A stretch of DNA of 64,000 bases, from assembly GCA_017481725.1 (NCBI GenBank), contig JAFUOX010000055.1, positions 7,443-71,442 on the forward strand, in the 5' to 3' direction. The position numbers and the translations under genes were made by a program. Source of the DNA: Kiritimatiellia bacterium. GTDB lineage: Bacteria; Verrucomicrobiota; Kiritimatiellia; RFP12; UBA3636. How positions within the stretch are numbered: the stretch's first letter is position 1; every line of letters begins with the position of its first letter. Of the stretch, positions 39,068 to 48,132 are shown in pieces. The notes under the pieces were generated by a model. The model searched no databases, was not told where the DNA came from, and saw nothing but the letters and a program-made list of their open reading frames with translations.

Positions 39068-40333
39068 ATGAATATTATTGATACATTAAAAGAACGTGGT
39101 CTATTTGATAATTGGACAAACCCAGCAGTCTATGAAGAGCTAAATAAGCCAATGACTGTTTATTGCGGCTTTGACCCTTCTGCAGATAGCCTCCAGGCAG
39201 GAAACTTTGTTGCTATTCAGACACTCTGCCACTTCCAGCGTGCAGGCCATAAGGTTGTTGCTCTAGTTGGTGGTGCAACAGGTCTAATCGGTGACCCATC
39301 TGGCAAGACCTCTGAGCGTAAGCTTCTTTCTGAAGAGATGGTAAATCACAATATCGAGGGAATTAAGGAAAATCTTTCTCGCTTCCTAGATTTTGGTGAT
39401 GGTCCAAATCAAGCAATCCTAGTTAATAACTACGATTGGCACAAGAATTTTACTTTTATCTCATACTTGCGTGATGTTGGCCGCTACTTCCGCATGGGCA
39501 CAATGCTTGGAAAGGAGAGCGTAAAGCAGCGCCTTGCTTCTGAGAATGGCATGAGCTTTACTGAGTTCTGCTATCAGACACTTCAGGGCTATGATTTTAT
39601 GCATTTATATGATAATTATGGCTGTCGTATTGAGGTAGGTGGTTCAGATCAGTGGGGCAATATTACTGCTGGTACAGATTTGATTCATCGTCATCGTGAT
39701 CAAGAGGCTTATGGAGTGACAATTCCTCTAATTACAGATAGCCAAGGCAGAAAGTTCGGTAAGTCTGAGGGTAATGCGATGTATCTTGATAAGAACAAAA
39801 CATCAATTTACAGCTTCTACCAGTTCTTTATGCGCTCAGAGGATGCTGATGTAATTCGCTATTTGAAGGCATTTACATTCTTGCCATTGGATCAGATTGC
39901 AGAGCTAGAGGAGCAGGTAAGGATTGCTCCAGAGAAGCGTGAGGCACAGCGTGTGCTTGCTGCAGATGTTGTCCGCCGCGTACATGGTGAAGAGGGCTTG
40001 CGTCAGGCTGTTCAGGCTTCTGAGGTGCTTTTTGGTGGCTCTATTGACGGAATGTCCGCTGCAGATTTGATACCTATTTTCGCTGATGCACCATCCGCAG
40101 AGGTTCCAGCAGCAGAGGTTTTAAATAATCCTCTTTCTAAGCTTGCTGTGGCGTCAGGTCTTTGCAAGAGCGTTGGCGAGGTTCGTCGCCTAGCAGATGG
40201 CGGTGGCTTCTATGTAAACAACAAGCGTGCCAGCGGTCAGGATGTTCTAACAGAGGATATGCTTGTAGATGGTGAGGTGCTTGTTCTTCGTTCTGGTAAG
40301 AAAAACTATCGTCTAGTAAAGCTACAAAAATAA
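39068..40333 (+). CDS. tyrS: Tyrosyl-tRNA synthetase
   Basis: YCGFDPSADSL, IGDPSGK, GGSDQWGNI, KFGKS, C-terminal S4 domain (GKK). Track start 39044. Confidence 0.96.
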   Translation: MNIIDTLKERGLFDNWTNPAVYEELNKPMTVYCGFDPSADSLQAGNFVAIQTLCHFQRAGHKVVALVGGATGLIGDPSGKTSERKLLSEEMVNHNIEGIKENLSRFLDFGDGPNQAILVNNYDWHKNFTFISYLRDVGRYFRMGTMLGKESVKQRLASENGMSFTEFCYQTLQGYDFMHLYDNYGCRIEVGGSDQWGNITAGTDLIHRHRDQEAYGVTIPLITDSQGRKFGKSEGNAMYLDKNKTSIYSFYQFFMRSEDADVIRYLKAFTFLPLDQIAELEEQVRIAPEKREAQRVLAADVVRRVHGEEGLRQAVQASEVLFGGSIDGMSAADLIPIFADAPSAEVPAAEVLNNPLSKLAVASGLCKSVGEVRRLADGGGFYVNNKRASGQDVLTEDMLVDGEVLVLRSGKKNYRLVKLQK

Positions 40334-40343
40334 GTAAAATCTG

Positions 40344-40387
40344 TCTTGGGTGATAAATTAATTTTTTTATATAATCATCACCCAAGA
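40344..40387. terminator. Inverted repeat after tyrS
   Basis: TCTTGGGTGAT...ATCACCCAAGA. Confidence 0.55.
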
Positions 40388-40426
40388 AATTGGCTTGAAT
40401 ATATATCATCGTAAAAGGAGAGAGCA

Positions 40427-40789
40427 ATGCTATCATTCTTTTTGAAAGCAAAATTACATCATCTAACAGTGACCGCTGCTGAATTACATTATCAGGGCAG
40501 CATGACACTTGATGTAGATTTTATGGAGGCAGTTGGTCTTCAACCATTTGAAAAGATACTTGTTGCTAATGTTGAAAATGGTGAGCGTTTTGAAACATAT
40601 GCTATTCCAGGTGAACGTGGTTCAAAGGTTTGCTGCTTAAATGGTGCAACTGCACATAAAGGAAAACCTGGCGATAAAGTTATTGTTTTCTCTTTTTGTA
40701 TGCTTTCTAATGATGAAATTGCTACTCATAAGCCACGTGTTTTGATTTTCGGCGAAAATAATGAGCCTGTTCGCGAAAGCAAAATCTAA
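40427..40789 (+). CDS. panD: Aspartate 1-decarboxylase
   Basis: KAKLH, YQGS autocleavage site, NGERFETY, LNGA. Confidence 0.95.
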   Translation: MLSFFLKAKLHHLTVTAAELHYQGSMTLDVDFMEAVGLQPFEKILVANVENGERFETYAIPGERGSKVCCLNGATAHKGKPGDKVIVFSFCMLSNDEIATHKPRVLIFGENNEPVRESKI

Positions 40790-40822
40790 TTTTGTTAAGT
40801 GGGGAAAAAAAAGGAGGCGGAT

Positions 40823-41311
40823 ATGCAAGTGCTAGTTGATTCAATAAAGGTCTCTGACCGAGTACGTAAGGATTTGGGAAATTTAAATAGCCTTATGGAA
40901 AGCTTAAAGACATGTGGTCAGCTTAATCCAATTACAGTAACACGTGATATGTGCCTTGTTGCTGGATTTCGTCGCTTAGCTGCAGCAAAAGCCCTTGGCT
41001 GGAAAATGATTAATGCCAATGTTGTAGATGCTGCAGATGCCGCCCGTATCCTTCAAATGGAAATGGAAGAAAATTTCTGCAGAAAGGATTTTACTCCAGA
41101 GGAGCTACTTGCAGGCTATAAGCGACTTGAGGAGCTTAGAAACCCAAAGCTTTCAAAGCGGATTGTTGATGTTTTAAAGAAATTTGCTGGAAAGCTTGCT
41201 TTTTGGAAGTGGTTTAAGAAGGATAAAAAAAAGAGTAATCTTCCTTCTACGGCAATTGATTTTGTGCCTCAGGCTTCTGAGGATATAGACACATCTGAGC
41301 TTGGTATTTAA
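40823..41311 (+). CDS. Stand-alone ParB/Srx N-terminal domain protein
   Basis: RVRKDLG, GQLNPI, AGFRRL, EMEEN..RKDF. AAGGAGG RBS before ATG 40823. Confidence 0.85.
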   Translation: MQVLVDSIKVSDRVRKDLGNLNSLMESLKTCGQLNPITVTRDMCLVAGFRRLAAAKALGWKMINANVVDAADAARILQMEMEENFCRKDFTPEELLAGYKRLEELRNPKLSKRIVDVLKKFAGKLAFWKWFKKDKKKSNLPSTAIDFVPQASEDIDTSELGI

Positions 41312-41325
41312 GTCCCTTGTTGCAA

Positions 41326-42075
41326 ATGAATAAGGAAGCTTCTGCACGTACCCGAAGGCTTATTGGAGAGCAAGCACAGGAGGCTCTTGAGTCCTCTTCT
41401 GTGCTAATTGTTGGACTAGGAGGCGTTGGTGCTTTTGCAGCAGAGGCGATTGCTCGTGCAGGGGTTGGAAAAATCGGACTTCTCGATTTTGATTCTGTTT
41501 CTATTTCAAATATAAATCGTCAACTTCTAGCCACACATTCAACAGTTGGCAAGCCAAAGGTTGAAGTAATGAAGGCTCGTATCCTTGATATCAACCCACA
41601 GGCAGAGGTGTGTTGTTATAATCTTAAATATACTGTTGATTCAGCTGATAGCATTCCATTGTCTGAGTATAACTATATTGTTGATGCTATTGATACAGTT
41701 AAGTGTAAGGTGGAATTGATTGTTCGTGCAAAGCATAGTGGTGTACCAATAATTAGTGCAATGGGAACAGGTAATAAGCTTGCAGCAGAGCGTTTTGAAC
41801 TAACAGATTTATTCTCCACGGACAAATGTCATCTTGCACGCATAATGCGTAAGCGTTTACGAAAATTTGATATTACATCTCTTCCTGTTGTTTTCTCCAG
41901 TGAACATGTGCTTGATCCAATCGAGGAAGATGAAAATGCAGAGATTGGTCGTCATGTAGATCCAGGAAGTATTTCTTATATGCCAGGCACTGCGGGGCTG
42001 TTGATGGCTTCCTATGTTATTCGAGAACTAATAAAGCCATATTTACCTATGCAAGGGGGTAAGCATGAAGCATAA
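41326..42075 (+). CDS. tcdA: tRNA threonylcarbamoyladenosine dehydratase (ThiF family)
   Basis: GLGGVG, SNINRQ, DAID, SAMGTG, LARIMRKRLR, VFSSE, GSISYMP. Confidence 0.9.
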   Translation: MNKEASARTRRLIGEQAQEALESSSVLIVGLGGVGAFAAEAIARAGVGKIGLLDFDSVSISNINRQLLATHSTVGKPKVEVMKARILDINPQAEVCCYNLKYTVDSADSIPLSEYNYIVDAIDTVKCKVELIVRAKHSGVPIISAMGTGNKLAAERFELTDLFSTDKCHLARIMRKRLRKFDITSLPVVFSSEHVLDPIEEDENAEIGRHVDPGSISYMPGTAGLLMASYVIRELIKPYLPMQGGKHEA

Positions 42076-42796
42076 AGCAGGGTGGCTAACTTTGTTTTTT
42101 GCCGCTATTGCAGCAGCAACTCTCTTTCAAGGCTTTATTTGTCGCTTGGTTTCTGGTGATTTTTTTTGTGGTGTTTTATTAATTACAGCTTTGTTTTTAC
42201 CAAAGCTTTTAGACTGGATATGGCACTTACCTTTAAGACCAATAGATATCTCAATCTCATGTGATCCACTAAAACCTAACGCGTCAGAGCTTTGTCAGCA
42301 TGTTCGCGAGATTTTTCGTCGTGTATATTCTGATGGTGGTAATTATTTGGTGTATATAGCACCAATGCCTAATACGGGTATGCGTATTGCATTTAATTTA
42401 GTGAAGCAACGAATAGAAGCCAAATGTGGTTCTGAATGCTTTGGTTTGGGTGAGAGCAATTATCAATTGCCTCCATTTGCCTTTGATGAGAGTCCTGTTG
42501 TGTATCGACTCAGTGGGAGAGAAGGGGAACATACGGATGGAGTATATTTGTATTTGTCTGCTGAGCGAGGAAAACGAATTCAGGTATCTAAGTTAAGAGT
42601 TAACAAGCATGCAATAACCATAGCAGATATTTCACTAATAGGAATTGCGGCTTTGTTAGATGTTTGGCCAATGATTTTATGTGCTATTATTTTGCGAAAA
42701 TCAAATATTTCAAACGCAACGGGCTACTGGCGTTTTATTTTTTTTATTGTGTCAATAGCTGTGGTAGTGTGGCAAATGTATTCATTTAACTGGTAG
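42065..42796 (+). CDS. Hypothetical membrane protein
   Basis: 243-aa ORF overlapping the tcdA end, hydrophobic N- and C-terminal segments. Confidence 0.55.
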   Translation: MKHKAGWLTLFFAAIAAATLFQGFICRLVSGDFFCGVLLITALFLPKLLDWIWHLPLRPIDISISCDPLKPNASELCQHVREIFRRVYSDGGNYLVYIAPMPNTGMRIAFNLVKQRIEAKCGSECFGLGESNYQLPPFAFDESPVVYRLSGREGEHTDGVYLYLSAERGKRIQVSKLRVNKHAITIADISLIGIAALLDVWPMILCAIILRKSNISNATGYWRFIFFIVSIAVVVWQMYSFNW

Positions 42797-42889
42797 AGGC
42801 GAGCACTAAAATACAACATAGTGCGATAAATCATACCATATCATCTATTGTTGTATTATAATGTTAATCTAAATTTGAATGAAGCGATT

Positions 42890-42966
42890 TATGGAGAAGC
42901 GACTTAAATAGTATGGAGAAGCGACTTCCAGTCGCTTTAAAGCGGCAGGATGCCGCTTCTCCACAC
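42890..42966. repeat. REP doublet (REPIN) left of RAYT
   Basis: TGGAGAAGCGAC-TTCCA-GTCGCTT-TA-AAGCGGC-AGGAT-GCCGCTTCTCCAC. 75/77 identical direct repeat of 43746-43822. Confidence 0.9.
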
Positions 42967-43026
42967 ATTTATTATTGAGAATAAAAAAGAGAGTTGTAAT
43001 AACCTAATAGAAGTAATTCATTTTAT

Positions 43027-43767
43027 ATGAAAGAAAATCTAAATTTGAATGATGATGCGATTTATGGAGAAGTGACTTCCAGTCGCTTTGATAATAAGAA
43101 AATTAAGCTGCAGAATGCCGCTTCTCCTCGTTATATGTCTGATACTCCTATGGAGCAGACTCGTGCAAATCTTCCGCATTGGAGTCAAGGGGAAACATGT
43201 ATCTTTGTCACATTCAGACTTGCAGATTCGATACCGAAAGAGAATCGGATTCAATGGGGAGCGGAACGAGACGAATGGATGGACAAACATCCGCAACCGT
43301 GGGATGAAAATACGTCAATTGAATATAATGAACGCTTTGGAGGCAAATTAGAACAATGGCTTGATGATGGGTTTGGTTCTTGTGTATTAAAAGATTCCTG
43401 TTGTCGTGAAATTATTGAAAGAGCTCTTAGTTATTTTGACGGACAACGATATATTCTTTATGCATTTGTTGTTATGCCGAATCATGTTCACGTTTTGTTT
43501 GCACCATTGGCACCTCACACAATGTCAACAATTATTCAATCGTGGAAGAGTTTTACGGCTAGGATTATGAGAAAACGAATTGGAGGGATAGGTCCTTTTT
43601 GGCAGAAAGAGTCGTGGGATCGTCTAATACGTAGTGAATCGCATTTCCGATATGTAGCCAATTACATTCGTAATAATCCAGGAAAAAGTAATATACCTGT
43701 TTATGCTTCAGAAACTTGTGCGAAAATATGTAATTGGGATGACAGTATGGAGAAGCAACTTAAATAG
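43027..43767 (+). mobile_element. REP-associated tyrosine transposase (RAYT, Y1 HUH)
   Basis: LPHW, FVTFRLADS, VVMPNHVH (HUH), WKSFTA, FWQKESWDRLIR, YIRNNP (catalytic Tyr). Flanked by REPs. True start may be 43135. Confidence 0.92.
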
Positions 43768-43822
43768 TATGGAGAAGCGACTTTCAGTCGCTTTAAAGCG
43801 GCAGGATGCCGCTTCTCCACAC
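43746..43822. repeat. REP doublet (REPIN) right of RAYT
   Basis: Direct copy of 42890-42966, overlapping the RAYT stop codon. Confidence 0.9.
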
Positions 43823-44068
43823 CTTTTCCACCCCTTCATCCAACATTTATTATTGAGAATAAAATGTGTGAAAAAATATTGTTGATAAACAAAACAACCC
43901 TAATTCTGTCTATAGTTCCCCTGCAAATTGCAAGCTAAATGAGTATAGCAATTTCAAATTAATATGCAATTTTTCAAGTTTATTTTGCCTTGATTTGTGG
44001 TGTCTGATTTGGTTTAATTTGTGTGTGAGAATTTATTTATGTAATTTGTGATAATATGGTTATTTATA

Positions 44069-45523
44069 ATGAAAAATTGGTTTTCGAAGAATAAAGATTG
44101 TTTTTGGTTGTTGTCGATCGTTGTTGTTTCTGTTGTATTACATTTTTGGGAGTTAGGTAAGCAGTCGGTATGGATTGATGAAATATTTACGCTTCGTAAT
44201 ATAGAATGCAAATGGTCAGAAGTCTTGCATACATCTATTTCACTTAATAATTCTCCGCCATTATATTATTATTGCAATAAATTATTTTGCTCAGTATTTG
44301 GGTATAGCGAGATAGCGTTGCGTTTTTTGTCGGCATTGTTTGCTACACTAAGTGTTGTAATGCTTTATTTTTTCACAAAGGAAGTTTTTTCAAAGAAAAT
44401 AGCCTTATTGTCGGCATTTTTGTTAGCGATAAATCCTTTGGCATTGTGGTTTGCACATGAGGCGAGAAACTACACAATGGTTGTATTTCTTTTGTTATTT
44501 TCCTTGTTGTTTGCTTTAAAATACTGGAAAACAAAAGAAATAAAGCATTTATTACTTTTTGCTTTGAGTGCAGTGATGTGTACCATAACATCGGTTCAAG
44601 GGATGACTATTTTCCCTTTGTGTATATTATTTTATTTTTATTCTCATAGAGAGAAAAAAATAGATTATGTATTTTGGGGAGTTTATTCTTTTTTGTTAAT
44701 AATAGCACTGACTGTTTTTGTAGTGTTGTTTTCTGTGAAAGGGCCACTTCCTCCAGCACGAAATTTTACGGGCTTGGAAATATTCTATACATTTTACTGT
44801 TATATTTTTGGGTATAGCTTTGGTCCATCAATATCTGAGTTGCAGCTATCCGCTAAGAATGCTTTATTTGCAAATAAAGGAGCAATAGTATTAGCTATTT
44901 TGTCTTTAGGCACTTTTGTCATATTTTCTGTTAGAAAACTTGATTGGAAGAAGTTACTCCCCTCTATATTCTTTGTCTCGGTTTTTATAGGTTATGCTAT
45001 TTGTATAGAGATGTTTACTGAGCATAGCTATAATGTTAGATATGCATTTCCAGGAATCATTGGTGTTATTATTGGTGTATCCATATTATTCAACAATGCG
45101 TTAGAACGGGAACCGAAGGTTTTTTCGAAAAATGGTCTTATGTTATCAATGGGTTTGTTTGTGATGTTATCTTTGTTGGCTTGTTATAATTTCTTATGCG
45201 ATACAAAATATTCCAAAGAGATGGTTCGTGAGGCAGCAAAAGAGATAGTAGAGCAGGATGTTGAAGTTCTTTATATAGCACCGCGTTATATGGATAGGGT
45301 ATTCCTTTATTATTTACAACAATCAGATATAGAGATACTTCCATTAACTTATGAATCTGATTTTGATCAAATAGATTTTAGTAATAAGAATTTTGCAATA
45401 GCCACTACCCGTACCCACCATATTCCATTTTACAAGCAGATGATGGAAAAACTCAAAGAAGAAGCTTTTTCATCGAACCAACAACGAAAGCTTCAAAATA
45501 TTTCCATTTTCTATTCCAAATAA
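44069..45523 (+). CDS. GT-C fold membrane glycosyltransferase (GT39/PMT_2, ArnT-like)
   Basis: SVWIDE, SPPLYY, ALRFLSA, EARNY, RY, multiple TM helices. Confidence 0.85.
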   Translation: MKNWFSKNKDCFWLLSIVVVSVVLHFWELGKQSVWIDEIFTLRNIECKWSEVLHTSISLNNSPPLYYYCNKLFCSVFGYSEIALRFLSALFATLSVVMLYFFTKEVFSKKIALLSAFLLAINPLALWFAHEARNYTMVVFLLLFSLLFALKYWKTKEIKHLLLFALSAVMCTITSVQGMTIFPLCILFYFYSHREKKIDYVFWGVYSFLLIIALTVFVVLFSVKGPLPPARNFTGLEIFYTFYCYIFGYSFGPSISELQLSAKNALFANKGAIVLAILSLGTFVIFSVRKLDWKKLLPSIFFVSVFIGYAICIEMFTEHSYNVRYAFPGIIGVIIGVSILFNNALEREPKVFSKNGLMLSMGLFVMLSLLACYNFLCDTKYSKEMVREAAKEIVEQDVEVLYIAPRYMDRVFLYYLQQSDIEILPLTYESDFDQIDFSNKNFAIATTRTHHIPFYKQMMEKLKEEAFSSNQQRKLQNISIFYSK

Positions 45524-45557
45524 AATCAATTCAGCGGGTTTGTGATATTCATATTTG

Positions 45558-45581
45558 AAATGCTACATCGCCCATAATTTT
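45558..45581. repeat. 24-bp direct repeat, left of DUF2971 module
   Basis: AAATGCTACATCGCCCATAATTTT, 22/24 identical to 46719-46742. Confidence 0.75.
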
Positions 45582-45618
45582 TAGTTGAATCTCATAAACT
45601 AGAACGCCATAGATGCTG

Positions 45619-45649
45619 CTAAATGCACCCAATGAGGTGCATTTATTTT
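45619..45649. repeat. Short-form palindromic repeat (11-6-11), copy B
   Basis: CTAAATGCACC-CAATGA-GGTGCATTTAT. Confidence 0.65.
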
Positions 45650-45691
45650 CGAAAACAGTTGTAAAATAAACAAGAATATCTGTCAATAGAC

Positions 45692-45774
45692 AAAGTAAAT
45701 GCAACTAGCCAGTTCGACAGACTAAATGCAACGCATAACTTCAGAGGTAGTTGCATTTAGTTTGTCTTTTCACC
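45692..45774 (-). repeat. Long-form palindromic repeat, copy 1 (with extra half-site)
   Basis: AAAGTAAATGCAAC..GACAGACTAAATGCAAC-17-GTTGCATTTAGTTTGTCTTTTCACC. 45751-45774 is the exact reverse complement of 62041-62064. Confidence 0.85.
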
Positions 45775-45778
45775 CACT

Positions 45779-45818
45779 AAATATGAGAACACACGAATAT
45801 TTGCGTGTTCTCATATTT
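45779..45818 (-). terminator. Hairpin downstream of DUF2971 gene
   Basis: 14-bp perfect stem AAATATGAGAACAC...GTGTTCTCATATTT. Confidence 0.7.
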
Positions 45819-45840
45819 ATATGCTATAATGTTGCAAAAG

Positions 45841-46704
45841 TTATTTGTGTTTTTTTAAAATGTTACAAATCTTTTTTTTACAACAATGTTTGCATTTTGT
45901 TCTTAATACAAGTTTATTTAAAAGGAATGAGTTATCTACGGTGTTGTGCTTTTCAAAATCTAACGTTATAGTATCAGGATGGTTTTTATAAAAAGAATTC
46001 ATCTTTTTTATAAAATCCTCTTTTGGGAGACACGGGCCACAAAGGATTTTAGCACTTTTCCAAAGTGGCATAACATCTATATCAATTTTTTGGGGTGGAT
46101 TTGTAGATGTTATATCTAATTCCACAAGAATGCGGACTTCTGTTTCGTATTCCCATGCAATATTTTTTATTGCCCCAGTGAAATCACCATCTTCACAAAT
46201 ATGTTTTAAATTAGAGCATTTGTTGGTAGTAAGAAGAGATCTATTCCATCTAATGGAATTAGTTTTGTCGTTAAAATAAGTAATGTCAACTAGTTTAATA
46301 TTTTTTATTTTATATTTTTCCCGAGTTTCTGGATCATGACAGCATACAGTGTTTTTAATGGTTTTTAAAATGGATGCTTTTGTAAATTTGATACGGATGG
46401 CCTTGTTAAGACTACTATTATATATACTCCAAAGTGCAACGCTTTCATGACTGCTAAATGAGAAGCTCCCTACATATAAATTCTTTAAATCATTATTATG
46501 ATTAAATCCTTCTGTAAGATCGTTCAATTTTGTTATATGTGATAAACGTAATGTTTTGCTTTGTAGCATACTTTTTAATGCGTCAATACTAGTGTAATGA
46601 TAGTAGTAACTATGCCTTTCTGCTCTATCAATTAAAAATTCTTTTATCTCTTTTAAAGTTGTTAAATTTTTAAATTCATTTCTAATGTTATCTATTGTTG
46701 CCAT
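45841..46704 (-). CDS. DUF2971-like protein (putative defence-associated)
   Basis: YYHYTS, LRLS....LND, SFS...ESVALWSIY, K..AWEYETEVRI. Strong GGGAGGAG RBS. Confidence 0.75.
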   Translation of the reverse strand: MATIDNIRNEFKNLTTLKEIKEFLIDRAERHSYYYHYTSIDALKSMLQSKTLRLSHITKLNDLTEGFNHNNDLKNLYVGSFSFSSHESVALWSIYNSSLNKAIRIKFTKASILKTIKNTVCCHDPETREKYKIKNIKLVDITYFNDKTNSIRWNRSLLTTNKCSNLKHICEDGDFTGAIKNIAWEYETEVRILVELDITSTNPPQKIDIDVMPLWKSAKILCGPCLPKEDFIKKMNSFYKNHPDTITLDFEKHNTVDNSFLLNKLVLRTKCKHCCKKKICNILKKHK

Positions 46705-46718
46705 TTTATCTCCTCCCT

Positions 46719-46742
46719 AAATGCTATATCGCTCATAATTTT
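46719..46742. repeat. 24-bp direct repeat, right of DUF2971 module
   Basis: AAATGCTATATCGCTCATAATTTT. Confidence 0.75.
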
Positions 46743-46854
46743 GAATATTTGTAAATTACTTAAATATTATATTGATATGTAGTTTGCAAAGGTAATAGCT
46801 GAAATTTTATATTCTAATGATACTATAATTAACAATACATTAATCTGTATTTTT

Positions 46855-48075
46855 TTATTTTAGATTGTTGAATTTATGAGAAATAATCTTGTCTGTCAGT
46901 TGTAAAACAATATTTTCCCAAAGAAGTTTTTTGTTGAATAATGGCTTAGGTGGAGGTGATTTTATAACCTCAATCATTTTTTCTGAGAAGGAAGAAATAG
47001 ATTCTTCTTCTGTGTCTTTCACAGGAACAGCAGTTCCGTTGTTTTCTGTAATAATACCAGGGCCACCCCAATCCCAACAAATAACTGGTGTACCAAGAGC
47101 TTGAGCTTCAACGCAAACTTGTCCAAATGCCTCATGTAAGGCCGGATGTAATAATGCCGTTGATTTTGCTATCTCTGTGTATACTTCTTCAAGAGTGTCT
47201 AATCTATTTATGAATGTTATATTATTAGATATTTGAAGCCTATTTGCTAAATCAATAAGATTCCTTTTCTCCGGACCATCACCAATTACTTCAAGTCTAG
47301 CATTGGGATAGTCTTGAAGTATGTTTTTAAACGCTTTTATGGCTAAATGTACTGCTTTCCAATGTTCTAATCTACATGCTGTAACAAAAAGGGGGTAGTT
47401 TTCTTTTTGTGTTGAATTTGATATGTTTTCTAATGCGATAAGTTGTTCTTGATTTAGCCCTGATTGGGGAATGATTTCAATAGTAGATATATCAACGAAT
47501 TTGGATAGTTTTGATGCTGTTTCTTTTGTTGCTGCAAATGATAGTGTGATATGGTTATATGCAGATTTGAATAATGGGAGTCTTGGAATTAAGTATGAAA
47601 ATAGATTTTTTATGTTCTCTTTTGTTTTACCGGATATAGAATAAGATTTTTTAAAACAAGGAGGAGTAGTGTCTCCACCACCAACAGGACCAAAAAATGT
47701 AGGGATACCAGTCTTGCCAAGAAAAGTTGGAACCCAATATTTACCGAATGTGATGTGGTGAATACAATCTGGTGATAGATTTTTAAGATTTTTCTTTATA
47801 TATTTAAGGGCAGAAATTTGCCATATTATGTAAAAAAGTTGTACACCAAATCCTTTTCTTTTCCAAAAAGTCAAATATTTTGGTGGATCAAAAAATAACC
47901 ATTGAACATTTGTAACCCAGATTTCGTTGCTGTTTAAAATATTATCCTTGTTGTTTTTTCATGTAAGAACTGTAACATTATGTTTTTTTGCAAGTTCATT
48001 GACAAAAGACCACCCAACACCAGGCTCTGAACCTTTCCCTGGTTCACATGCATAAGCTGATACTAAAATTTTCAT
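46855..48075 (-). pseudogene. GT4 glycosyltransferase interrupted by an in-frame TGA at codon 39
   Basis: ATG at 48075 reads MKILVSAYACEPGKGSEPGVGW...VTVLT*KNN, continuing in frame into the 46855-47874 ORF (HEAFGQVCVEA). Stop at 47959-47961. Confidence 0.85.
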
Positions 48076-48132
48076 ATAAAATGTAAAGAATGCGTTTTGT
48101 TTAATTATAATTTAATTTTCTATTATTAGTAA

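Noticed and set aside
1322-40828. Numerous short antisense or alternate-frame ORFs in the track
   Set aside because: They are shadows of well-supported genes and carry no recognisable motifs.
42890-43822. Repeats as a CRISPR array
   Set aside because: No regular repeat-spacer periodicity and no cas genes. They are explained as REPs around a RAYT.
45619-45646. Chromosomal dif site
   Set aside because: 11-6-11 geometry only. It lacks the TTATGTTAAAT XerD arm and occurs more than once.
47959-47961. TGA recoding (Sec, Trp or Gly)
   Set aside because: TGA acts as a stop elsewhere (5562, 20710, 51116, 63226), no other gene needs readthrough, and the position corresponds to Arg.
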